Source of the DNA: Acanthaster planci
Taxonomy: Eukaryota
Reading direction: 5' to 3'
DNA length: 64,000 nucleotides
Assembly (NCBI RefSeq): GCF_001949145.1
Contig: NW_019091362.1
Location: 2,363,838 to 2,427,837, forward strand
The notes beneath the pieces are model-generated. The model saw only the letters and a list, made by a program, of their open reading frames with translations. It ran no database searches and had not been told where the DNA came from. Within the stretch, counting starts at the first letter, position 1. The number at the start of each line of letters is the position of its first letter. The translations under genes and the position numbers were made by a program. This document shows positions 1 through 13,000 of this stretch, in pieces.

Positions 1-14
1 CAAAAGCAGCTTAA

Positions 15-600
15 CTACTTCCTGCCGGGGACTCCGGATCCGGACACGTACGTTTTATATGCATGGCCAGGGTCTCCAAACTCGGACAAAAGGAACAGCG
101 CCTTGTAACAAAAGATCGTACTCAGAACAAAAGACCAGGCTGCTGGGCATTACCGACATGTTTTTTCTCTCAAAAGTGGAGATAATCCAGCCTTGTTTTG
201 AAACAGTATACCAAGGTTTGGGGCATTTAGAGCGAGCGGATTACCACCAGGTACAAAAGTGGTCCACCATCACAGGCATGAGCCACACAGCACCGCTGCA
301 TGCTAATCTGGTCCCTATTGAAAAGAGATCAGCAGTGCACTGAGCCAGGTTCATGAACAAAAGAATATTACGTAACACAAAAAATATGGGCTCTTTTTAC
401 AAGACTGCAGGCCTGGCTGAAATACTCAGGCGTCGAGAGATTTTGTCTGTCTGGCTAGAGTGGATATCAGACATGCCTTCACGTGTTTGTGTCAAGTAAA
501 TGAAGATAGGAATTTTTAACAGAACAGAAGAAACAGAAAAAAATGATAAATATCCCGCCCCAGCTTCATTAACATTGATAACGGCCCCGGCAGGAAGTGG
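15..600. mobile_element. TTAA-flanked non-autonomous DNA transposon (piggyBac-like MITE), 586 bp
   Basis: ttaa|ctacttcctgccgggg ... ccccggcaggaagtgg|ttaa: 16-bp TIR with 1 mismatch, TTAA on both sides. Confidence 0.8.
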
Positions 601-955
601 TTAAACAAAAATTCATGTAATGTATATATGCTTCTTTGTTGGTTACCAGCTAATTATGCTGGTCACCAGCTAATTATGCTAAACACATGAATATCATGAG
701 AAACAATTTTTCAATCAAATTGGCTCAATAAAATTGGCTCAGGGTCCAGTTTGCTTTGCAAACAAGTCTGCTCAACAATATTAAAATCTGCTACGCAAAT
801 AAGTTGACTTGCAAAATCAATTGCATGGGACATCCACTTCCGTTTCAAGTAACAGCACACCGGATGCTTGGGTGTGCAGAAGAGATTCAAGACAAAGAAA
901 TTAACTGTGGCTGTGAAAGGATAACTTTACTGTATGGAATTGAAAGGTTCTTTAC

Positions 956-1074
956 TTGTAGGTGTGGCCGGTGATCTCGTTGCGCACTAGCACATAATCC
1001 ACCATCCATCTGGGGAGCAGGCCCGTGTTGTCGTGCCCGATTCGCACCGTCGTCAGGATACCAAGATTGCTATG
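956..1074 (-). CDS. DENND5: DENND5 coding exon 17 ([40 protein letters not shown]), PLAT domain
   Basis: Canonical PLAT IGHDNxG..W motif; phase 0 to 2; the next exon is outside the window. Confidence 0.92.
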
Positions 1075-4000
1075 CTGCAGAAACAAATCAAGACACTATT
1101 CGTCATCCTGTTGGTCCATTCAAAGCCTTAAAAGCCTTGATATAATAAGCTCAAAAAAGTCATACTACGTGTATACATCATCAACAATAGTATAATAAAA
1201 AGATAAATGCAAGAACTAACTTCCAATATTCAAGTCTTAAATTCCTCCGCAGTGGCAGACACATACCTGGAATACAAAATCCTGAGAGCTCTTGGGTATA
1301 GGGATCATTTTGGAGTCGTTGATCTCGCCTGACACACAGATCCAGCAGTTGGCTGAGGTGGCGGCTTGGAACTTGCGACTTGTGACAACCAGGACTCGGT
1401 AGGAGACAACTACAGATGGAAAAAATGGGTTTGTGCTGATGACTGCAGCATATATGAAGCTTTGTGTGACAAAGACAATTGCATTAAAGCACACCAGTAA
1501 AGTCCAAGGATATGTCCTTGGTGTGATTTCTGAAGGCATGAAATATACCAAAGGATTGGAAGTGTCAAGTATCATACAGCAATTTGACAGAACAGATGTA
1601 TTATTTTCGCATTGTTTTCGTTTTTTGATCGTGTTCCTGAACAAGCTGCATTTATTTTGCAGTCCGAGTGAAAAGACTAAAAAGACTATTTGGTAATGAA
1701 GTCATGATCGGTCTCTTTCAAAAATACATTCATTTCGGGCTACAAATATGATTTTGCAATGGATACGTCAGACTCATCCTTTGGAGCAAAGAGAGATTCA
1801 TTTATAACTTGCTTCACTTGTATCGTCTTTCCAACTCAACTCACTTTTTAAAAAAAATTTCAGAGATTGCCTAGCTTTTCTCTGTAGACGGGTGACTCCA
1901 AACCAGAGGAAAGGTTTTGCAATCAGAGAAGAAAGGACCTGTGCCGCACATGTCAGATTCTGAATTCTATGTTTTACCTGTGCTGATGAAAGAGTTGGTG
2001 AAGCAGAAGTAATCAACAGCGTTGAGGGACAGGAGATGATACAGAAACTGTTCCTTTTCCTCCTCTGTCCGGAGGAAGGCGTATCGCTTGTAGCGCTTCC
2101 TAGAATTCAAACGACAATTTGAAGCTTTCAGAACCTGACCCTTCAAACCACGACAACAATCGTCTGATGCTATTCCACTTAAATGACATGACAGACTGCC
2201 GGTCTATAGACCTTTTTCCTGTGATGTCACGATCGTGCTGGACCTCTGATGTGTAATGATGGTAATGAGTGCATAGTGTTGTGATGGTAATCTACTTATT
2301 CAAGGTAAACTAGTCAAGCATGCAGCGTTCATACGTGTGCTTGCACGTGGTTGAAGCTGCCCGTAGGAATAGATGCGATCACCGTGGCCAAGGCGGTCCA
2401 CACTTGGTGGTGTTGTTTACATTTAGCCACATGGGTGAAAAAGGTCTATAGGTCACTTTGCTCGTTTCTGCATAGACCTTGCAGTGTGGGCTGAGATACG
2501 TTTCTACTCTTTCCGACCGGACACAAGTTTGGGAAGAGCATCTCTTTGCTTTCCGAGCACGGCTTTCCCCAAAATGTCTGCCTCCTGAGGGAGTACAAAG
2601 TCAAGCTTACAAGTAGTATCATCACAAACATCCAAGTTATACGAAAACACAATGAAGGAGAATTCCTTTCTGTGATTTACTTGCTTTTTACTTGCTCCTC
2701 CAACCCAATCATAAAATAGCAGGGACTCACTTGCACAGCTCGTAGTCTGTTAGCAACAGCTTGAGGTGTTTATGGAGGAGTTTTCTCTCTAAGGCAAGTC
2801 GGACAAAGGCACGGGCGTTACCAACATCTGTCTTGATCTGGCTCATGTTCTCAACATTTCTGGTGACGAAGGGAAATTTAGAAAAAAATCAGAATCATCA
2901 GTAATGTGGTCTTGACTCACTGATGTGTAATGCAAAACATGCAGTTCTTGATAACAACAAGCCAGGCAAATGATGTCGGTCGGCTGATCCAAAGGGCCTA
3001 TCATTACCCAATATGAATGCGATCTGCTCTGAGGCAAAGATTAACCAGTTGATCAAAGTGATAGAGGACAGACGGAGAAAACTAAATGAAGACGGAGAAA
3101 ACTAAATGAGGACGGACAAAACTAAATGAGGACGGAGAAAACTAAATGAGGACGGAGAAAACTAAATGAGGACGGAGAAAACTAAATGAGGACGGAGAAA
3201 ACTAAATGAGGACGGAGAAAAATAAATGAGGACGGAGAAAACTAAATGAGGACAAAACTAAATGAGGACGGAGAAAACTAAATGAGGACGGAGAAAACTA
3301 AATGAGGACAATGGACACGCTAGTTCCCGGAGTCAGTGCAACACTCACCTGACGTCAAAGAGTAAATCTGTGGGTAGTGGGCTGAGGACTGGGTCGGCTG
3401 CTGAACTGCTCCGCCGTCTGGCCTCGGACCCCTGGGTTGGGACTGAAAGACTCTGCTCTGGATGGGTCTCTCGCTTCTCCTTCATCTTACGGTAGCCCAT
3501 GACGTGGGACCAGAGAGCTGACTTCCCCTGTAAGGCAATGGTGCAACCCAGGTTTGGATTTATACATCATGAGGCTTTTACACACAAACAAAAATTGTAG
3601 GGGTGGGGCAAGTTCTAGGGAAGAAGACGTGTTATAACAGTCACAGTTTCAAACTTCAAATAGTCAACCAGTCCACTGGGCTACTGCAAGAAATTGAGGC
3701 CGGTAGACACAACTGTTTCTTTTCTCTGACCGGTTTCCCATTCTCATGTACACAATTCTGGTTTTCTCTGTATGCTGTGATTTCAACTTCTCTATCTAGC
3801 ACGTCTTTGTAGGGTTTTGTACTCATAACACAACTCTCTTTTTTTTCCTTTTATGGCCTTAGTCCCCCTTCCATTCCCCTGTCTACCCACCTGTTTCTTC
3901 TGTATGCCGTGACTGAAGATTCTCTCCAGTAGGTCACACAGTGAAGCAATCAGTGTGTTCTCCTCCACGCCTGACCGGTTGACGTCACCGTGGCCCAGCT

Positions 4001-7000
4001 CCACTGCCTCCTGACCCATCTTGCTCACCAGCATCTTCTTGGTCTGCCAACATTTCAAGAGGGTGGTCCATTTTACAGCATGTGAACTACAAAAGTTTGT
4101 TCCCAATTCTCCAGGAAATGAACACAGCATATTTCCATGAAGATCCTATGACATGGTCAGTGATGTTGAACTGTTTTCTGGCGACAAGCAAGAGCACACA
4201 GCCAGAAACCTGCAGTTTTTCAGTTCAATTCAGACACTTTAAGACACTTGCCAAATCACAGACGACATTTCCTACATGGTACTGTCATGACCTCCTTCGC
4301 CTTTATACAATGCCTCAAGATTTCTCCGCCACAAACTCCATCTCAAGTCCAGAAAATATATGATCGGATATAAGTTCCTTGGAATTTTTTCACAAATTTT
4401 AGCAAAGTACAGAGTGCATCAGTCTTGCCAAGGGTGTATTAGGCTTAAGTTGAATTTGCTTTAGTTTTATTCATAAATACGTCAGACAGTCTCCCTATTC
4501 AACATCATGCAACTTTACGGTGTATTAACATATAATGATGCCTGCCAAGAAGTGATAATGCCCACTGCGTAAATCACGCACTGGTACCTGGATACAAGTC
4601 TGCGTGCGATGCATCATGCAGAATGCACCACGAGCGTGCCAAGTTAATATACAAGGAGGCTCTATTGGACAACTTTCAAAAGGAATATACCATAAAATGG
4701 ACGGAGGGGTGTTTGGGAAAATGAAAGTAAAATGTAAGAACAATATCATTGACTTCTTTTGACTCTCTGAATAACAAGGTATTTATGGATGGGAATAAAT
4801 ATGTGTTTGGCCCGTCTTAAGATCTTGCTCAGAAGAATGAATGCTGATAATGTCAGCACCGTCGCTGTCGTATTTTGGCCGATACCGATATATCGTTTTT
4901 TTATATCAATATTATCAATATATCAAATTTTATTCATTTTAATTTTCAAGGTATTATACCAGGCCTGAATTGCTGGTAAATTGTTTTCAGGGTACACCCC
5001 TACACCGTAATGGTGTGATCCAATTCCCTTTGGCGACACGTTCTACCATCTGTATTGCGTACGTTGCCTACATGGGATGGGATACACACTGCCGTGCATA
5101 GCGATATCATCAGCACGTGGTGTAAGTCCACATACGTTTAGTTAGCAAATAATTCTCTCTTCTAGAGGATAAATTTTGTGATATTTTCGAGGCAAAGTGT
5201 ATGCGAATTATTGAGTGTGAGACTGAGATAAGTGACTGAATTTATTCTTCAAATGTCGCCGTATAAGCTGCCTGGAGTATAAGCTACAGGGACTTTTTCA
5301 TTCAGCTTGAGAACCAACCTAAGCCATGGCTTATCAAACATTACGATAGTGTAACAATGCACTTTCATATTTTTAAATAAAGTTTGTTCCTCAGTAGCCG
5401 ACATTTCCGATATATTTTTCAATATCAATGTTTTCCAAGTTTTGATATTTCCAATATTTCTCCACAATCTGATATTTTGGATATATTGATATTACCAAAT
5501 AACTAACATTGGCGATATCGATATCGATCCCATATCAATAGTATTGATATATCGACCGTGCTCATGATAATGCCCTCACCTGTGGCTTGGGCATTAGTCC
5601 CATCCATTCTCCTGAGCCAGTCTTAAACACACGTTTAAGACCAGCCATGCGCATATTTATTCCCTTATTTGGAGTTGACTGGTGTCACTACGTAGCAGAT
5701 CTCTTAACTGACCTTCACTTTGCATTCCTTGAGGAGACCCTCCACAAACTTCCAGTTGGTCTGCTTCTGGTCTAAATGGGACAAGACAGGTTGAGGCATT
5801 GTTCCCTTCCTGGCCTGCTGAATAATTTGCTGGACAAAGTGATAAAGACAGAAAGCTAGGATTGAAAGAATTTCCTCAGATGAACTCTTCATTTTCATCT
5901 TGAACATGCAGCTGTAATGTGACACTATAATCTCACTTTAAGGATCTTTATACATAAAAATGGTATAATAAAGTGGCAAGTTTTTGGAAAAAAAACTTCA
6001 CCCGACTAATACCTAATTACATGTATCTTTTTAACCTTAATCTGTCTAAATTAATCTGCTTGATTTCAATTATTTGGCTGGTTTCTGGATTGTAAGGTAC
6101 TTATGCCTTAATTTGCATTTGATTGTCTGACCGTGCTACTAGAGTTTTGTACATTTGAGAAGTAAAGGAAAACGTAGATTCTACGTGTTATACTATTTTC
6201 AGTGTAATTTTCAGTCAAATGAGTGAAGTGTTTTGCAAGTTTATTGCATGACTTATCATTCATAACGGAAGAGGGTGCCTAGCTCAACCAAATCCTCCTG
6301 TCCCTTACCTCTCGTTCCTGCGGAGCTAGCTGAAGATGCTCTGAGTGCTGTTGCTGTCGCTCCTTCCGTCTCCATGGAGCATTATTCCTGTGCTTGTTTC
6401 TGATTGGACAGCAAAAAATAGATGACACTACAAAAGAACTGACAAACCCTCGCTCCACTACAAATTGGAAACCAAAAAATCATCAACCTATTACTAGGGC
6501 ACACTAGATTTGATTCTATGGATGGATTTGAGAAAACTTACTAAAGTGGAATCCGAACCTGGATGTAAGAACAATGTATCTGGGATCTACCAACTGTGCT
6601 ATCCGGTCCTATGTTGACAGATTCCAAAGTTTGTTAATATCCTTGTTTTGCAGTGTTAGACATTATGGAATCCTGCTCTCCTGTAACGCATGTTGGCATC
6701 ACACCAAAAGGTTCGCATACATAATGCAAAAAATGCCACGGCACTGGCAGAATTGTTGAGGTAGAAAACCTGGGAAATGGGCGTTAAGAGAAGGTATTCA
6801 TCTAACATAGGGGGAGGGGCTGAGTGGTTCAGTTGGTACGGTGACAATGCAGTGTCAAGAAGCTGCAGATTCAAGGCCACCTGTGGTCAATTTTCTCAGT
6901 TGAAAAAATAACGTTGACCGATAAGTTAATCAGCCAGACCATTAGCGAGGCATATAACAAAGCCACAAACAGGAAAGATCACCAACACATCAGCCAGGAA

Positions 7001-10000
7001 GAAAAACAAGCTATCAACTATGTGTATCATTTTCAATTGTGGTTTCACATCCACCAGAAAATAAAAGGAACAATTTCACCAGAAAAAGGCACAATCATCC
7101 CACATCCTTCCTGTTCTAAGATAATTCATATCTGCTATGACATACAAGAAAATAACAGACTTAAATAAAGCAGGCATGGCAGCGAGTAGACAGATGGACA
7201 GACTGACAGACAGAAAAGGCAGACTCACTTTGGTGTGAAGGGTTCCTTCAGCAGCACCTCTTCCTGCAGTCGTGGGAAGAAGCCCGGCTTGTGGTTGTTG
7301 TCCACTGGCTTGCTGGTCAGCTCATGGGGGCTGGGAGCCGTGTAGTCGATATTCACAGCACGTTGCCGGATGTTGGCCTCTGTTTTGTAAATTGACACAA
7401 GACTTGGATGTGAGTAACCTTCAAAAGATTACAAACATTTCAAATAATATTCAAATTCAAGTCCTGGGAAAAAAAACAAAGACATTCCAAAGCTACAAAG
7501 GACTTTAGGCAGTGGCTTCCATTTATGTACAAGCAGACACATGAAACCACACCCTCTGAGGGAAAATTGCAAAATTGGAAGTTACAATTCATCGAGCTGT
7601 TTTTTATTATGATGTCATACAAATAAAACAGCATGAAACAACATAGCGACATTGTGATATCATCATGTTCAAAGCGCATACAAAACACATAGTGTTAATA
7701 TCCATATCTATCTTCCCTAAAATGACAACTGGCTCATTACTTTATAATACTTGTCAGGAAAAAAAGCCTTACTCATAGGCAGAGTAGGGCAAGAGATCTA
7801 AACAAAAAGGCACATGCTGAATAGAATATGTGCAAGTTACTCTCTCCATGCCAGAGGGTATCTAGTACTAAGAAGCAGTGATGTGTCAGGTTTGTCGAGA
7901 CCAAGCAATACGTGACAGAGATATGCAGAGCAAACTGACCACTATCCTGTAAAGTATTACCACTGTACACAAGTTCCAGCACACCTTCATTGCATCCTCA
8001 TAGCACACTAAAGTTTGGGGCTGAAATGCTACGGCAGGTTGAGGACCCAATTTGCCACAACATCCTTACAGGTGGTGATGGCAGTGCCGAAGTCGAGTCC
8101 GTCACAAGCCATACCAAGTTCCTGCAGGTCCATCACAAGTCTATCACAAGTCATTCAAATGTTAGCCCAAGTCACAGGCTATTCAAAGCTCAGAGTCACA
8201 GTTCATCCTTATACTTATGATGGGTCCTGCAAAAGCACTTGCAAGTGGCCTTGAGAACGGACTTGTGAGAGGACTTTGTGATGGACCTGACAACGGCACT
8301 ATATGACTGCGTCCGAGTCCCGCTTATTATAGCCCTGCGCCAACGACTGATGCTCTACCTGCTTCACTGATGAGTAGAAGCTGGTCCACCTCGGTGGTAG
8401 GAGTCTGAGGATTGCTGGCGGGGAAGTGCTCGATCCGGCCGTCAAAGATCTTCAGCCGCTCCTCCTTCTCCTCCCAGTTGGAGATGATCTTGTTGTCGAT
8501 GAAGGTGGCAAACATCTGCGTCTCCACGAAGGGAAAGAGGAAAGGAAGGTAGGCTTCCGGCTGGTCCGATAGGAAAGATGCCTACGAACAGAAACAAACA
8601 AATTTGCAAAGTTTATACTTCATTTGACCCTTTGAGCTTTACGGGAACACAGAATTGCTCCTGAAGTACAGGTCTTTCTATTAAGTTAGGGCAGGATTTG
8701 TGGCATTTCGACACTGGGCACATGAAGCGTAAGGAGTTAACCGTAGGAAGCATCTCGAAAGTTGGAATGTTCCTGTTACAGCTGGGAAGCTCCTTTTGGG
8801 AACACTGTGGTCTTGGTGGGAATTCAGTGTGTTCTCATGGATGTTCCAGTTTATAACTAAAGATTTTCTCGTTGGAACATTCTTCAATCTTCTGATATTT
8901 TAGGGTAACAAATTAGTCCAAAAGTAGATAACGGACCATTCCTGGCATATATTAAGATATTTTATGTAAACATTATCAAATCTGGTCAAATTGGTGTGGG
9001 GTCGGTTGCCTATATTTTCTTACCTTGTCAAAATTCTGCATGTGTTCCCTGTTGGCAAACCACGACTCAATGCTGTGACTAGTAGGCTGGATGACAAATG
9101 TCTCATAGTGTCTGAGAAGCTCCACCAGCTTGCTGAGGAAGAGTTCCCTGATGGCAGAGTTCAGACTCAGCTCCTCCACATCTTTCCTGAGCACGGGACT
9201 CCACGTCTCGGGGTTGGTGTCCCCGTCGGGAGACGTGGTGTTACTGTTCCTGTCCTCTAGCTCACTGATGGATGTGATGACACCCGTGCGCTGCACGATG
9301 GCCGCTACTTTGGAGACAATCTCGTTGTTACGCAGGATGTCTGTCTTGGTCGGCGCGACAGAGGTTGGCGACTCACCACGGCTGGGCGAACTAAAGTAGG
9401 AGCTGTCCTGGTCCGCTTCGATGGAGCCCTCCACGGCCAGGTTGCGGCTGGATCCCGTGCCAATCAGGGTGAGCTCCGTCTTGAGTTCAGACCAGTCAAA
9501 ACTGCCCTCACCCCTTGTAGGGGTGCGTGTTGGGGTCTTCTCAGACAGGGGTCTAGGCGAGACATTATAGCGCTGTAGAAGGTTGATCAGGTCATGGACA
9601 ACACGGTGTCTGTTTGGGAAGAGGGGTAAATCTTCTGGGAGGTCGATACAGTTGTTGTCAATGTCCACAAAACACAAGGCAGCCTGACAAGAAAATATTA
9701 ATAATGGTAAGCATTTTATGTCAGACAATTGTGACCTCGCTTTTTTTCAAGAAGTATTTCCCTGATGTCATTCAATATAATTCTAAATTACATGAGCCCT
9801 AACAGTACCCTGGGCCATATGACCAAGTATATTGTAGGAATAAGGAATGTTAATCGGCAGACACAACACCTGACTGAAGTATCTCAGGTCACTTACAAAG
9901 CATTTCTCTCAACACCAGCCCTATATTATACTTTCTAAAACAGTACTTTTTTCTGGGTTTTCCATAACTCCAAAAGACCCTTTTCATCTCATTAAACAAA

Positions 10001-13000
10001 CTGTGGCGACCACATTTTTCATGGCTGTTTCATGTCTGCAAGGAGTGCCTTGGCATGTCAATGATACCATTAACCAAAACTGTTGAATATTTGTGACCGG
10101 ATCCCAGAAAATATATCTAATGTTCAATTTTTTTCAATAACCCAACTGGGCTTGTATCACTAAAAAAACAGGACTTTATGTTGAAGGCTCCAATTGATTT
10201 ATACTAAGCAATAGTTCAACGGTCTTCAACTCAAAAAGTAGCTGTGGTGACATCCATCTCATTCTGCCAGGTTGGACATAAAGTGATGTTGGCCTGGCTG
10301 GAGGCAAACTCACATGGCTGGGGATCTCCAGCTGGTTGGTTTGGTCCATTCCGTCGTCCAAGTGCAGCCCCATGATGAAAGGCACGGGCGCATCCAGGAA
10401 GTGCATTAGGTTTGCCGGAAGAATAGGAACGTAGACGTGCTGCCACTGGAACGGGAAGAGTAAGGCAGAGATGCACTCTGCTACCAGCATCAGACGATGA
10501 TACTCTGTGGAACAAATGTACAAAGAAATTGTCCATCATCCCACTGGAAGTGGAAGGGCAATATAGGCAGGTATTATGCCTCCAGCATGTGGAAGCAATA
10601 TTCTGTGCTAAGGACAGATACTTGTGAATTATCCTACTGAAAAGGGAACGGCTGACCAGGCAACACTCCAATACATCAGATATCTTGACATGTACAAGAT
10701 CAGGGCTCCTCCACCACAAGTTCAAATGGAACACAAGCTCAAATGGAAAACTTCTCACAAGCCTGTCTCGTCTTGGCCGGCGAGGGGACACATCTGATCA
10801 GGATGGGACTAGGATTAAGACTGGATCACTTGTGATGGACTTGAAGAGGCTTGAGACGGACTGGACTACAGACCTACGTGTACCTCAGACGTCAAAGTTG
10901 TTGCTTTTTCATTTCTCAAACAAATTTTTTTAAATAAGGAAAATTTTGACCTACCTCTGGATACCAGGAGTATCTGGTTCTCTAGCAGAGCACACGTCAT
11001 CAGTTCCATCAGATGTTCCACACCGAGCAGCTCTACGCACTCCCGCATGGAGTAGTCGCACAGGGGCAGCTCGGTGCTGGCCGGCCGTTGGCAGACCACG
11101 GTCTCCCCTGGGGCGCTGCTGAAGCTCAAGGTGCGCCCCGGGGGCAAGCCCGGCACCTCGTAGAGGATGTTGTAGATGTAGGACTCAAGAGGCAGAGGGG
11201 GAGCGGCCATGGCCTTGATTGCACTGTGGATGGCCTCCAGGAAGCGACGGCAAGGCTGGATGAAGGGGACCTGGGGACAGGAGAACGATGGAAGGAGTCA
11301 AAGTTTGAAGATCAAGAACGCCTCAGAAGCCATACAGGAAGTGTGTCATCAACCACCTCAATATTGGCTGAAGCAAGTAATTCTTTGCCTTTCCAGCTTT
11401 ACAACTCATTCAACCTCATCCAGTGAAGAATGCAGTTTGGTAAATAAAAGACTCTTTCACCTACGGACAATCCTGCTGCTTATGTTTGGTTTTGGAATGG
11501 TTGCTCAAATTTCTCATCGATGACAATGGGTAAAAGTAGGCAGTTACATGCCGGAAGCATTAAAATGTGTACACCTACTTCATACTACACAAGAAAACTG
11601 AAACTGTGTCCCAATTTCTTTGAGGAACCTTTAAAGGCTATGCAGATTCGTTTCACACAACTACTGACAAGTGAACACTTTAGATATGAAGTTATAAAAA
11701 CCAGCTGTGAAAACTTACGTACTGTTTACACATAAATGTTAATCAAGATCTAATGTATACATACGTTCCAGTACACAAGTCCCATCTGGCAATCGTGACT
11801 AGGATAAAGAACACTCTCTACAGTTCTCACGCCACATATGCATTTCATGAGTCAGCCGTGTTGACCTACCTGCATGATCAGACATACACACTTGGAGACG
11901 TAGAGGGTGTCATTGAGGGGGTCAAAGTTGGCCACCTTCCTCTGTTGCCCAGGCACGTGGACTGGCGTGGTCTTGCGTCTCATCTTGGGAGACTGCATGG
12001 TGGAGATACCGGGGCTGGAGGAGCGCCGGTGCTTGGGGGAGAAGCCCCGCCGGTCCATCTTAGGCGAGAGGCTCTCCAGGATGACCTGGGAGCGTGAGGG
12101 CGACTCGATGTTGCTCATCTTGCGGCGCAGGGAGTCTTCCTGGTATTTAATCTGGGAGTAATTCAAATAACAGAGAGATGTCTGAACTGGGCTGAAGTAA
12201 GCACTCTTTCCTGATTCGGCCCAAAAAGCGGTTATGCTGACTCTGTCTCCATCAAAACAATAAGCAGTTCTAAACAAAAGCAGCAGGGAGGGGTAATGCA
12301 GGCTGTTTCTTGGAAAATGGAAAGTGCAAATGCAAAATGAACAGGCTACCTTTCAACTACAGCTTCATTAACAGACAGCGTTTTAGTCAACACTTGTTCT
12401 GACACACTCAAAGTTTCATCAATCATCCTTGACGTTATGAATAGTAAAAATTGATGGAGTGCCGATTTATGTTGAGACCAGAAAGCCACAGGAAAGCATC
12501 TGTGATCAGACTTACTGCCAACTTGGAAACCGCATGATCAGCTTCAGTGTAACACTAATCATTCAATTTACAGAACAAGCAGAGGTGGTAAATCAGTAAC
12601 ACTATGTCAACAATCATCCTCAGTAGAGCCAAGGCTGAAGGCTGACTGTTATCTTGAGAACCGACTTCCTTAAGTGCATGCTTTTCATCCTGATGGATCA
12701 CGCTATCTCTGCCAGATAATCAGGGTGTCCGAAGGTTTTGAGGTAAAATCCAATTCTTGTCCTACATCCTCCACTGACAATTTTGAGGGGAATTGTCAGA
12801 ACCCTCCACTCTACTGAATTCCGAGGTTATGTGTAACTTAATTTCACTTGAACTCAAGGAACATCAAGCCAAGGTACAAGTAACAGTAGCTTGCGTCACC
12901 CTTCCTGGATCCTACAAAATCATTTCTATCCGATGGATATGTAAAGGTTTGGGAAGATTAGGGTTTACTCTGTACCACCTGTCTTCTTCCTCCCCCTTCC

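Noticed and set aside
3068..3310. Regularly spaced repeats suggesting a CRISPR array
   Set aside because: No unique spacers and a eukaryotic intron context; it is a simple minisatellite.
6541..6609. Possible tRNA gene
   Set aside because: Only A/B-box-like parts are present, without acceptor or anticodon stems; treated as a SINE remnant.
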